44,392 nucleotides of DNA from Macrostomum lignano (taxonomy: Eukaryota). Every line of letters begins with the position of its first letter. The first letter of the stretch is position 1. A program made the translations under genes and the position numbers. This document shows positions 21,668-33,168 of this stretch, in pieces. The DNA lies in assembly GCA_002269645.1 (NCBI GenBank), contig NIVC01003072.1, positions 1 through 44,392 of the forward strand, written 5' to 3'. Below the pieces are notes generated by a model, which made no database searches, was not told the origin of the DNA, and saw nothing but the letters and a program-made list of their open reading frames with translations.

Positions 21668-24600
21668 TCAATCATCCTCATCTCCGGCCTCGTTGTCTTC
21701 GGCGTCTCCACCGCCGCCTTCATCCTCGGCGTCGGCATCGGCAAAGTGCAGCACAACAGCCTCATCAACCTCTTCATCGGCGGCTTCCTTAGTGCCCCCC
21801 TGATCCCCATCGTCGCCAAGGAAATCCCACACTAAGATAGTATCGTCGTGGGACGATGAAACGATCTGAAATTCGTCGAATTGCAAGCGGAACACCCTGC
21901 CAGAGTGTTCGCTGAGTGTGACGATGCACAGCGCGTCGGCCGACGATCTGGGGTCAAGGGCGGCCTGCAGGTCCCACACTTTGATCTTGCCGTCGTAGGC
22001 GCCAGACACAATTCGTTTGGAGTCGAAACGGATGCAGCGGACCAGCTCTTCGTGCCCTGCAGGGGGATTAAGATAATAACTATCGTATCGGGAGGTGCCT
22101 TTGATGTTAACAGAAGAAGGTTCAATGAAAGTGGGGAGGTGCCTTTGATGTTTACCGAAAAAGGTTCAATGAAAGTGGGAAGGTGCCTTTGATGTTTACC
22201 GAAAAAGGTTCAATGAAAGTGGGAAGGTGCCTTTGATGTTTACCGAAAAAGGTTCAATGAAAGTCTGAAGGTGCCTTTGATGTTTACCGAAAAATGTTCA
22301 ATGAAAGTCGGGAGGTGCCTTTGATGTTTACCGAAAAAGGTTCAATGAAAGTCGGGAGGCGCCTTTGATGTTTACCGAAAAAGGTTAAATGAAAGTCGGG
22401 AGGTGCCTTTGATGTTTACCGAAAAAGGTTCAATGAAAGTCGGGAAAGTCTAGAGGTGCCTTTGAATTTTGCCGAAAAAGGTTTAATGAGAGTCGGGGTG
22501 CCTGGTGAAAGGTTCAATAAAAATCGGTCCGTTGATGCTTACCGATAAGGGTTCAATGAAAGGTTGGGGCGGCGCCTTTGAAGTTTGAAGTGAATCTACA
22601 GTTTCAAACTTACCATTGAGCACTCGCAGACAGATTCCGCTCTCGATATCCCACAGTCTGATAGAATTATCAGACGAGCCGCTAACAACCAGATTATCGC
22701 GATACTGCAAACAGGCGATGCCGCGCTTGTGACCGCTCAGGGTGCGCACAAATTCGCAGCTGGCAGTGTGCCAAACTTTAATAGTCCTATCGCCGGAAGC
22801 TGACACAATGTAGCGCGAATCGAAATCTACAACATTCACGGCGGCTCGGTGGCCTACTAGAACTCGTCTAAGCGCGATGTCGCTAGGCGAGTGCATGTCC
22901 CACACGGCTATGGATCTGTCCTTGGAGCACGTGACCATCAGGCCGTCGCAGAAGCGCAGATGGAGCACGGCCTCGCAATGATGATACAGTGTGTTCAACG
23001 GTTGGCCAGTGCGCACGTCCCAGACCCGCACTGTGCTGTCTGAGGAGCCGCTAATTATTATGTCATCGTCGTATTGGAGGCACAGTACGGAGCCCATATG
23101 GCTGGATAGCACCTGGTTTGTGTGATAATTGTATGATGGGGATATCGGTAAGGGAGATGCATTCACTAATCCCATAGTTTGATACTGATCCCAATTGATA
23201 ATCCCCTCGAGTGAGTAATAATCCCAATTGATAATCCTCTTTTGTGGTTAATAATCCCAATTGATAATCCTCTCTTGTGGTTTATAATCCCAATTGATAA
23301 TCCTCTCTTGTGGTTTATAATCCCAATTGATAATCCTCTCTTGTGGTTTATAATCCCAATTGATAATCCTCTCTTGTGGTTTATAATCCCAATCGATAAT
23401 CCCCTTCAGTGATTAATAATCCCAATTGATAATCCTCTCTTGTGGTTTATAATCCCAATTGATAATCCTCTCTTGTGGTTTATAATCCCAATTGATAATC
23501 CTCTCTTGTGGTTTATAATCCCAATTGATAATCCTCTCTTGTGGTTAATAATCCCAATTGATAATCCTCTCTTGTGGTTTATAATCCCAATTGATAATCC
23601 TCTCTTGTGGTTTATAATCCCAATTGATAATCCTCTCTTGTGGTTAATAATCCCAATTGATAATCCTCTCTTGTGGTTTATAATCCCAATTGATAATCCT
23701 CTCTTGTGGTTAATAATCCCAATTGATAATCCTCTCTTGTGGTTTATAATCCCAATTGATAATCCTCTCTTGTGGTTTATAATCCCAATTGATAATCCTC
23801 TCTTGTGGTTTATAATCCCAATCGATAATCCCCTCCAGTGATTAATAATCCCAATTGATAATCCTCTCTTGTGGTTTATAATCCCAATTGATAAACCTCT
23901 CTTGTGGTTTATAATCCCAATCGATAATCCCCTCCAGTGATTAATAATCCCAATCGATAATCCTCTCTTGTGGTTTATAATCCCAATTGATAATCCTCTC
24001 TTGTGGTTTATAATCCCAATCGATAATCCCCTCCAGTGATTAATTATCCCAATTGATAATCCCCTCTTGTGTTTTTATAATCCCAATTGATAAAATAACC
24101 TAAATCGATAATCACCTACGATTTTTTTGATTTGAATCCTCTACACAAAGATTAATTCTATATTATTATCCCCATTCCGAATCCCTTACCTTAGTACACT
24201 CCAGAGATTTACGATCCCACACTTTGATGGTGTTATCCCTTAGGCCGCTAATAATCTTGTCCTCGTCGTACTGCAGGCAATAAACTCCTTTGGAAGATTC
24301 GCTTCGGCATTGAATTCGACGCAATTTAAAACTGCCCTTGGCCCAGTTGCTCTCGATTCGCCTGATGTCGCTGAGAATCTTCGGGTACAGCTGCCTGTAG
24401 TGGCTGTCTGAACTGCCGACGTCGCTCTCCGCTCCGTCTCGCTGCGGCCGGCGCAGGTCTCGCAGCCAGCCTCTGCGGACGGCCAGCCCGCGCCACAGAT
24501 TGCTTCTGCGCACCTGCAAGCAAATTTTAAAGTACAGTGCGGTTTGTCTGGTTTGCCCAGCAACTGGGGATCTGGGAGGCTGGCCCAGCAACTGACACTC

Positions 24601-25578
24601 TGGGAGGCTGGCCCAGCAACTGACACTCTGGGAGGCTGGCCCAGCAAGCAGCAACTGAGGATCTGGGAGGCTGGCCCAGCAACTGACACTCTGGGAGGCT
24701 GGCCCAGAAACTGATCTGGGAGGCTGTTGGCCTAGCAACTGAGGATCTGGGAGGCTGGCCCAGCAACTGGGGATCTGGGAGGCTGGCCTAGCAACTGAGG
24801 ATCTGGGAGGCTGGCCCAGCAACTGGGGATCTGGGAGGCTGGCCCAGCAACTGACACTCTGTGAGGCTGGCTCAGCAACTGGGGATCTGGGAGGCTGGCC
24901 CAGCAACTGAGGATCTGGGAGGCTGGCCCAGCAACTGGGGATCTGGGAGGCTGGCCCAGCAACTGACACTCTGTGAGGCTGGCCCAGCAACTGGGGATCT
25001 GGGAGGCTGGCCCAGCAACTGAGGATCTGGGAGGCTGGCTGGCCCAGCAACTGAGGATCTGGGAGGCTGGCCCAGCAACTGAGGATCTGGGAGGCTGGCT
25101 GGCCCAGCAACTGAGGATCTGGGAGGCTGGGCCAGCAACTAGGGATCTGGGAGGCTGGCCCAGCAACTGAGGATCTGGGAGGCTGGGCCAGAAACTAAAC
25201 AGTTGCTAACCAAATATTTGAGTCCCCAAAGTCAATCCTCTCAACGCTCACCTGCGACTCAATCAGCTTACGCCACAGCAGGCCCTCAGATACAACCCGT
25301 CGCCACTCGCTGCACACCATCTCAGCAGAGGCCAGAGATTTTGCATCCAAACAGGCCAAGATTCGCTCAGCCAAATGATCCAAGCCACATGTTGGCAGTA
25401 CACTGATAAAGTCTCGCTGCAGCATGGGAGCTAAGTATTCCTGCACTTGGCCATGCTGATAATGCGACATACTGCCCAGTAACTGTTCAACAAAGTTCAC
25501 CTGTTCCATTTCTGACCAAGTGGAGAATTGCTCCAAGCAGACTGACTGCTCAGACAGAAATTGTTCAGACAGAGACAT
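21668..25578 (-). CDS. BTRC: beta-TrCP (F-box/WD40 protein; BTRC/FBXW11/slimb orthologue), about 512 aa, 4 coding exons
   Basis: Exons (-): 25578..25252, 24513..24190, 23112..22614, 22056..21668, GT-AG, in phase. D-domain ([14 protein letters not shown]...HYQHG), F-box ([17 protein letters not shown]), seven WD40 repeats ([43 protein letters not shown]). An additional upstream exon is possible (AG acceptor just 5' of EKAKYIM). Confidence 0.97.
22090..22560. repeat. 44-bp intronic minisatellite (GAGGTGCCTTTGATGTTTACCGAAAAAGGTTCAATGAAAGTCGG)
   Basis: Tandem periodicity in the last beta-TrCP intron. Confidence 0.95.
23183..24100. repeat. 33-bp intronic minisatellite (TATAATCCCAATTGATAATCCTCTCTTGTGGTT)
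   Basis: Tandem periodicity. Explains ORF 23440..23841 ([11 protein letters not shown])n. Confidence 0.95.
24553..25192. repeat. 28-32 bp intronic minisatellite (CTGGGAGGCTGGCCCAGCAACTGAGGAT)
   Basis: Tandem periodicity in intron 24514..25251. Confidence 0.95.
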
Positions 25579-26669
25579 GATGTACTTGGCTTTTTCTGGT
25601 ACAGCATAAATTCCAAGGTGCAGTATAGAGGCACATAGTTTAGTGTTCCAAAGGATGATACAAGTATAAAGAAATGAAAATTTTATCATCTATATTATTC
25701 AATTGTTTTATGTTAGCTATTATTGTAATTATATTATTAATTACAGATTGGAAAATGATTATTAATTCATAAAATTGAAAAACATCTAAACATTAGACTC
25801 TTAATGTTAGTCATATTTTAATTACTATTAAAAAAACCAGTTGTGAGTTTTTACTAGATATATATCATATTCTGGCTTAATTAAAATCTTTATCAATAAA
25901 TAAATAATTATAAAAATAACTTATGTACTATATTACACTACTATATAGTTAGTATATTTTCAGTTGAATGAGCATATAATAATATAGTTTGAATGTCTTT
26001 ATATTTATAGTTAGTTTGAAAAGAGTTTGGGAAATACTTTAAATTTGTAAGACCTGGGGCTATATAAATAATATTTAAATATTGGCGCAATTTTTAGTTT
26101 AGAGACATTGGCATTTTAGAATAAGAGCATCTTACATCTAATTCCTAGTAACCTAATATCTATTCTAGGTGGCAGTGTTAGGCAAAGTAAAAAATAAACT
26201 AGATAAAAATTTGGGATTGACCAACTATGATTTTTTCTTTTGTGCATGATTAGAACTAGACAATGCATGAAACAATGCATGACCATGAATTTTTTAACAT
26301 ACATTTTAAATTAGACATAGAACTATTTGTTTTAATACTACTAAGTCTAGCAATTTGTATTGATTTTTAAGCTTTGTTTTATTAAGTTTATTGTTTTACC
26401 ATATTTTATTATGTGGCTTTGTTATATCTATGCTGATTTGTAACAATTTTGGTTTGCTTTTCACAATCATATATTTTAGAATATTGTGCTACGACTTAAA
26501 AAGTAAGGTTTAAATCAGGAAATTCACAAATTATGATTGGCAATAGACAATATGTGATTTTTTTCCTCGTAATCATAGTTTTCATGATTGTGACTAAGCC
26601 TACAATCACAGTCAATCTCCAATAAAATGCTAAAATTAATAATTAAAAAAAATTTATATTAATAATAAT

Positions 26670-26966
26670 CATACATGCGCAACAGTTGGCCGAGTCGGCC
26701 GATCCGGCCAACTGATTTGGCGGCCAACCAAGGAAGTCGCAAAAATGCCCACCCGAAAAAATGACCAAGTAGTAGTACTAAGTAGCTGATGAGGCATTTT
26801 AGCTTAATAAGACAGTCATAGTTACTCCTGCCGTTTACCCAAAGTTGCGTTAACTTTGCTTTAGGGTTTTTTACATGTAAGTCGCATTTTTGGCCAAAAA
26901 CTACGTCGCATTTTTGTTAAAACTAAGTCGCATGGCCGACCGAATTTCGGAGGTTGCGCATGTATG
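26670..26966. mobile_element. hAT-type MITE (297 bp), CATACATGCGCAAC family
   Basis: 14-bp TIRs CATACATGCGCAAC / GTTGCGCATGTATG; 8-bp TSD ATAATAAT (26662-26669 and 26967-26974). Confidence 0.92.
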
Positions 26967-28006
26967 ATAATAATATACTAGTATACTTATTTCTATTTTT
27001 ATTTTTTATTAGCTAGATAACTTCAATTGCCAAAAGCACTTTTGTTTAATGTTAACAAGACAACTAAGTAAAGTTAATAAAATTTAGCCTTTTATTTAAG
27101 TGATATAAAGAAACCATAGGAACAGTGCCACATAGATAGGTCTATATACTTTTTAACCTTTTTTGGCCAGCTAATTTAGCATTTAAAATATAATAGGTGC
27201 TCTATAAGTATTAATAATATAATTTTATGCAATAATAATATCAAGAAATATTTTAATTATATACTATATTGATAGTGATAAGATATATACCTATCTAGAA
27301 ACCTATCTATAATATAATTAGAGATGGTATAGCATACTTTAATAACTTTCTCAAAATTTTGTTAGATTTCTAAAAGTTAAAACATTATTATTTTTCCAGA
27401 AACTTCTTCAAGTTAGCAGCTTATCTATTACATATGCATATAAATAGTAAATAATTAATTATTACTCAACTGTTAATATTCTACTTGTATTTGCGTAATG
27501 TATATAATTAAGTGTTTAATTGCTTTGTTAAGATGTGCTCAATCTTTCTAGAAATTTCTGGAAGACATTTACAAATCTATAAATATATGGCAATGGCAGT
27601 GACACGAATCACTCTCCCCTTGTTTTCTCTTCAATCTGATTTCTGTTGAAAAACTACTAAATGAACCAGCACCTTGCTATTATTCAAAAAATAAACAAAG
27701 CTGTCTATAATAGTATACAATATATCATAGACCTAGTCAAGAAAAAGATATATATTCCTAAAGTTTCTAGGGTACATCCAAGAAATTTGATGTATATATT
27801 GGCATATAAAAAGTGATTTTGGGTTTTGCCTTTTAGTTTAGTATTTTGGTATACCGGGTGTTGCAAAAAAACTTGACACTTCTAATTCCCTATATAAATA
27901 GGCCTATATAGCATCAATACCAGATATTTTATAGTCATTTCGAAGCGCTCTTTCTAAGCATTCATTTGCTCTTACAGCAAAGCCAATTGCATCTGCACAG
28001 TCTGAA

Positions 28007-29290
28007 ATGGAAGCAAGAAGGCACAGAGTGTCGACCTTACTGGACGTGGGCATGCCTGTGGCGCAGATTGCCAAGAGCATTGGCATCAGCCGGCAGGCAG
28101 TCTATGACATCAAAAGGGGACTGGATGACGGCAAAGGGCTTGAAAGACAGCCAGGATCGGACAGGCCTCCAAAACTTGACTTGGCCAAAGTCAGGCAGAT
28201 CTTCACGGACAACCCAATGGCCAAAATGTCCGAGGTGGCCGAGGCAGCAGGTGTTAGCAAATCAACTGTCTCTAGAGCTGTCAAGAGTGCTGGAGGCACT
28301 TCCCTTCGCCAAGTTGAGTGGCCACTGCTGTCAGATCAGCAGCAGCAGATACGATTGGAGCAGTCCAAGAAGTTGCTTAACAACTTGAAAAGCTTTGGTG
28401 GTCGCATTCTGATTTTCTCGGATGAGAAGACATTCACCGTCGATCCCGTGTTCAACCGGCAAAATGATCGATTTGTCAGCTTCAGCGAGGAGGATCGAGC
28501 CCGCCAGTATGTTTCCACCCATACATGCGCAACCTCCAAAATTCGGTCGGCCATGCGACTTAGTTTTAACAAAAATGCGACATAGTTTTTGGCCAAAAAT
28601 GCGACTTACATGTAAAAAAAACCTAAAGCAAAATTAACGCAACTTTGGGTAAACGGCAGGAGTAACTATGACTGTCTTATAAGGCCAAAATGCCTCGTCA
28701 GCTACTTAGTACTACTACTTGGGTTTTTTGGGTGGGCATTTTTGCGACTTCCTTGGTTCACCACCAAATCGGTCGGCCGGATCGGCCGACTGTTGCGCAT
28801 GTATGTTTCCACCACCAAGCATCCGGCCTCCGTGATGATGCTCGGCGTCGTAGCCTCCAGCGGTGACGTCATGCCTCCTGTTTGGTTCTCGCAAGGGTAT
28901 TGCCTAAATGCGGCCGACTACAAGGCAGTTCTACAGAAGAAAGTGCTCCCATGGATCACTCGAGTCACTAAGGGGAAGCCTTATGTGTTCCAGCAGGACA
29001 GAGCACCTGCACACACGGCTATCACCGTGCAGAGCTGGATGGCACAGAAGATGTTGTTTTGGGACAAATCGTTTTGGCCACCCCAGTCACCAGACCTAAA
29101 CCCGCTGGACTTCGCCATTTGGGCGCGTGTAGAGTCTGAGGCCTGCGCTATGCGACATCCAAGCGTTGAGGCGCTCAAAGCCAGTGTGTCTGAGAAATGG
29201 AGGAACATGCCGCCCGATTTCATAATCAGTGTATGCTCCAGCTTCCGGTCACGCCTGGAGAGTTGTTTCGGCCAACGGAGGCTACATTGA
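28007..29290 (+). pseudogene. Tc1/mariner transposase (329 aa if the MITE is removed)
   Basis: N-terminal HTH, FSDEKTF, FQQDRAPAH, WPPQSPDLNPLDF. Deleting 28520-28813 restores ...RQYVST-TKHPASVMMLG... in frame (990 nt). Confidence 0.93.
28520..28805. mobile_element. hAT-type MITE (286 bp), same family as 26670..26966, opposite orientation
   Basis: Same TIRs; 8-bp TSD TTTCCACC (28512-28519 and 28806-28813). Confidence 0.95.
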
Positions 29291-31689
29291 CTGAACATGT
29301 GCTACTCATGCCTATGTTTATATTTAATAGCTTTTTACTTGGTTTTAATCATGCTTCCCTTTCTAGGGGGCCTTTGTTTTTAGTAAACAGATTTGTCAAG
29401 TTTTTTTTGCAACACCCAGTATCATATGCATAGAAAATTAAAAAAGTATGTTTTCAAAAAGAATTATAAGTTGTTTATGCATTATAATCATAAAATTTGG
29501 TAACTATTTTACCCAAAATTGATTTCTATATTTTTATAAGGTAATAATTTGAAATTAAAAAAATATACCAACTGTTTTTTTCTCTATATATATATACAAA
29601 ATATGTGTTACATATATACAAAATATGATACTTAGACAAATATAAATATTAAAATTCTTCTTTGTTTAACTGCATCTAATCTAATTGAAAGTTGAAACTA
29701 GGCCTAGCCTAAATGACAAAATCACTAATAAAGTATTAAATGTTTCAAAATTTACAATTTGAAGCTCTGCCATAAGGTAATGTATTTGGCATATATTGGC
29801 ATACACCAAAAAATTTGGTCATTTTTTTCTTAGGTACATATAGTGTTCCGAACTATGGAATATATATTTATATATTGTAGAAATAGGCTTTAGGCCTAGC
29901 TAGGTCACTAGGAGAAAAAGACAATTTATCAAATTTTATACCAATGTATGCCAAGCTTTTTATCCAATTTATGACATTTTATGGTTAATATAATATATAA
30001 GGAGAAATATGCTATATTTATGCCAACTTCTAATTCAACTGCCAATACAATTATACATTAATAAGAAATTTCTAACATATCTTATATGATCTCCGATGTG
30101 ATCAGATGTCTTGAAATAATCGCAATAATAAGCAAATTATGGCCTTGGACAATAAGCTTATTAAGGTAGATCTAAAGTATACTCTATAGACTAGGAAAAA
30201 GGCTGGTTAAAATCTGCCATTCTTCAAGAGTCGTTCACTACACTCCATCCATAAATAGCACGATTTATTTATTCGCCCGCCCGTCCGCGGCGGGAGCCAT
30301 TTTTTATTTATTTATTTATTTTATTTGGGAGCCATGGGAGCCATGGACTCAGTTCTCGCTAAAATTAAGTTTCTGAGGTGGGGGTGGAGAAAGTTTTCTT
30401 GGGTAATTGGTTGTTTGAAATTAGTTGCTGACACCAGTTGGGGTGGGGCGAATTCCTCGTTTGAATTTGCCGCCGGCGTTGTTGAAACACGAATAAAGCC
30501 GGAAAATCGCGCAGACGAATCACCACGAATTTCTTCTCCTTTTACTCCGACAGCCGGGGTCCTCAAATTCCGGGGGGGAGGGTAGTCGTAATCGTAGCAG
30601 AGCGGTCGTTAGAGCGGCACGGTCGTTCAGATGGTAGACACCGGAGATGGACACCGTAAATTAATGTGTCGATTTGCAGAGCTGTTTACTCTCAGTAGGG
30701 TAGTTGCTGCCACCACCGTAATTTACGTATTACGGAACGTTTAATGATCTCAGAGCTTTCTCTGAGATGAGATTTCGGTTATTTTACGCCCCACGGGCAA
30801 AGGATTCAAGATAGGCTATGGCTTAAGTCAACGGAATAAATATTAAGTGTTAATTTGTTGTTATTTATTAAAGTAATTATGGTTATTAATTTTAAAGCAG
30901 GTTATTTATGGATTAATGAGTAATATAATGACGATGATGACTACACGGGCGCCGGTGCGCTAATAGACTAATAAATTAATGAACTGTATGTGGAGTCTAG
31001 CTCCAAATGAATAAGAATAAGATTGTGCACGAGCGTGTGTGTGAGCCTCGTAGGCCAGCTCGATCTTGGTTCGTAGCTTCTTACAGAGGCGCCAGGCCTC
31101 GGGCTTCTTTATTTATCTCTCTCTGCTTCCCAGCTTGGGGGAAGACAACCGGCAGGCCTATGCTTGTTGGGGGTGCGGGGTGCAGACAGACAGACTTGTG
31201 CATAGGACTTGTGCGTGCATTGGCCGTACAGTGATGACTGTAACGGCTAGACAAAGACCGGTGCCTGGTGGGACTGAGGAGTGCGAGTACGAGCTAACCG
31301 ATAGACAGACCATAGAATTCTAGATAACTAACTGGAAGCGAAGGCTTTTTTGGGGGGGGCGGACACAACCGGGCCGAGTGGGAGCCTGCATGTTTTCTGG
31401 CTGCCTTATTCAACACTAATGTTTTCACTAATAATTGGCTGCTGCTATTAAGAGTAATATTTAATTCTTTAAGTTTATTTTTTTAATTAACAAGTCAGTG
31501 CTTATTAAGAGTTTCTAAAGGTATTTGTGACATATCTTAACAAAACTAATATTTTTGCAAAGCCGCAAAGTAAACACATAGGATCAGTAAAAAATCATAG
31601 TATGAACAGAAAATTAGCTGCTTAATCTAATCTATGAAGAAGATACATCGCGGTACCATCGCCACTGCATCGCGGTACTTTCCGGCGAT

Positions 31690-32600
31690 CGATTTCACCT
31701 GATACATCGCGGTCAAACTCGACGATTTCGTCGAGTCTCTTCCTGCCGACCGTCGAACGCGCCCAGCGCCAGCTGGACCAGCTTGTGAGCGTTGCTGCGA
31801 GCGTCGGCCTGGGGGTCAACACGCAGAAGATCGTCGTGCTTCGAACACCGAGACGCTGACAGGCAGGTGTCGAAGCTTCCGCACTGTCAGCAGTTCGTCT
31901 GCCTCGGCGGTCTGCAGACCATGGTGCTTGATGTTCCAGAGGACCTAGCACGTCGCCGTGGACTTGCTTGGGTTGCCTTCCGTTTCGTGAGGGCGGTCCT
32001 GCAGTCCGAGGCCCTGCCTGACCGCCAGAGGGCGGCGTTGTTCAAGGCGGTGATCGAGACCGTCCTGTTGTACAACACCGAGACCTGGACACTGACGGAT
32101 TCGCTCGAACAGCAGGTCAATGCGGCGCACGCTGGCCTGTCTTTAAGATCGGCTGCGAGCACGTCACCAATGCGGGCTATATCGCCGCACTGGCCTGTCC
32201 CTTCCCAGCAAACTTTTGCGCCGTCCACGACTCCAGCTGGCCACATCATCCGAGCCGAGTCCTAAAGTCCACAGCCGGTGCAGGAAGTGCTGCTGCTGTC
32301 GCTGCAGGCAACCTACCGGCGGGGACAGGCGCGCAGTCTGTGTTTCGTCGACTTCTTGCCGGCTAATGCCGGCGCCCCGGACTCTGCCGGCGGTGCGGCC
32401 GGCGGTTCGCGCCCAGGCCCTGAAACGTGTGACGTTGTCCTTGTCTCTCATGACCATGACTCGCTGGAATGGCTGACAGCGCATTTTGTTGTTGTATGGA
32501 GGGCACACCGGCACACCATCATTCCTTATTCAGAGTGTCGCTGTTTCTCCTGCGCTCACTAAGAATCTTGTGACGTTGTGTGAAAATCGGTGGCAATAAA
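31690..32600 (+). mobile_element. 5'-truncated, frameshifted non-LTR retrotransposon (RTE-like) RT fragment nested in the P-like element
   Basis: Across frames: IAVKLDDF (YADD-equivalent), TVERAQRQLDQLVSVAASVGLGVNTQKIVV, DLARRRGLAWVAF, LFKAVIETVLLYNTETWTLT, AGHIIRAES; AATAAA near 32595. Confidence 0.85.
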
Positions 32601-33121
32601 GTGCAACAGTTGAGATTCTGTCGTGGGTTGGTAGTTTACCCTTCGAATTCGTTGCGACCACTCTTCAAATAGTTGAAAATCATGCAAAGGAAGCACATGA
32701 GAAAATATTCTGCTTTCTGCTCCTGAAGATTGAACCGCTGGATTTTTATTTGTAGTTGCATATCCAGATCCAGACCTGTAGTTGTAAGCTGCGTATTTAT
32801 AAACAATTCTTTCTCTCTGACTATAGTCTCTGATATAGCATGTATCATATCGAATCTTTATAAATTTTTCATTTAGGGTGAAGTGGAGAAGGCATCCTCA
32901 AAAGCATGCGAGCAAATGTACACCCAATGTGCATGCGTTCAGCTTTCAAGTGGGGGCCTGTTACCCCGTGTGCATCACAGACAAAGAAACAGCACTGATT
33001 TACCGGGGATCTTCCTTCCCCTCCGAAGGGTTTTTCTCCTGTCTAGGACAAAAAAACTTCCAAGCCTTGTGAAGAGCCTGCCCACCTCAAACCCCGCTTA
33101 GTCAGTGGGACTGAGATAGGG

Positions 33122-33168
33122 CAGGGAATACTCTACATACTCTCATACTCTATGTAGAGTATTCCCTG
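33122..33168. mobile_element. 47-bp minimal TIR insertion / perfect hairpin with 7-bp TSD
   Basis: Arms CAGGGAATACTCTACATA / TATGTAGAGTATTCCCTG (18 bp, perfect), 11-nt loop; GATAGGG at 33115-33121 and 33169-33175. Confidence 0.7.

Larger units (their letters stand above)
27854..29419 (+). mobile_element. Tc1/mariner (maT/DD37D-like) DNA transposon, disrupted by a MITE
   Basis: TIRs CCGGGTGTTGCAAAAAAACTTGACA / TGTCAAGTTTTTTTTGCAACACCCAG flanked by TA (27852-53 and 29420-21); contains a transposase. Confidence 0.93.

Noticed and set aside
10263-24100. Regular 21-60 bp repeats as possible CRISPR arrays
   Set aside because: Units are head-to-tail with no unique spacers, there are no cas genes, and the context is eukaryotic introns and intergenic DNA.
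30280-30720. GC-richer segment as a possible beta-TrCP promoter or first exon
   Set aside because: Plausible by position, but I found no in-phase coding exon or convincing donor; ORFs 30321..30566 and 30325..30585 have no recognisable homology.
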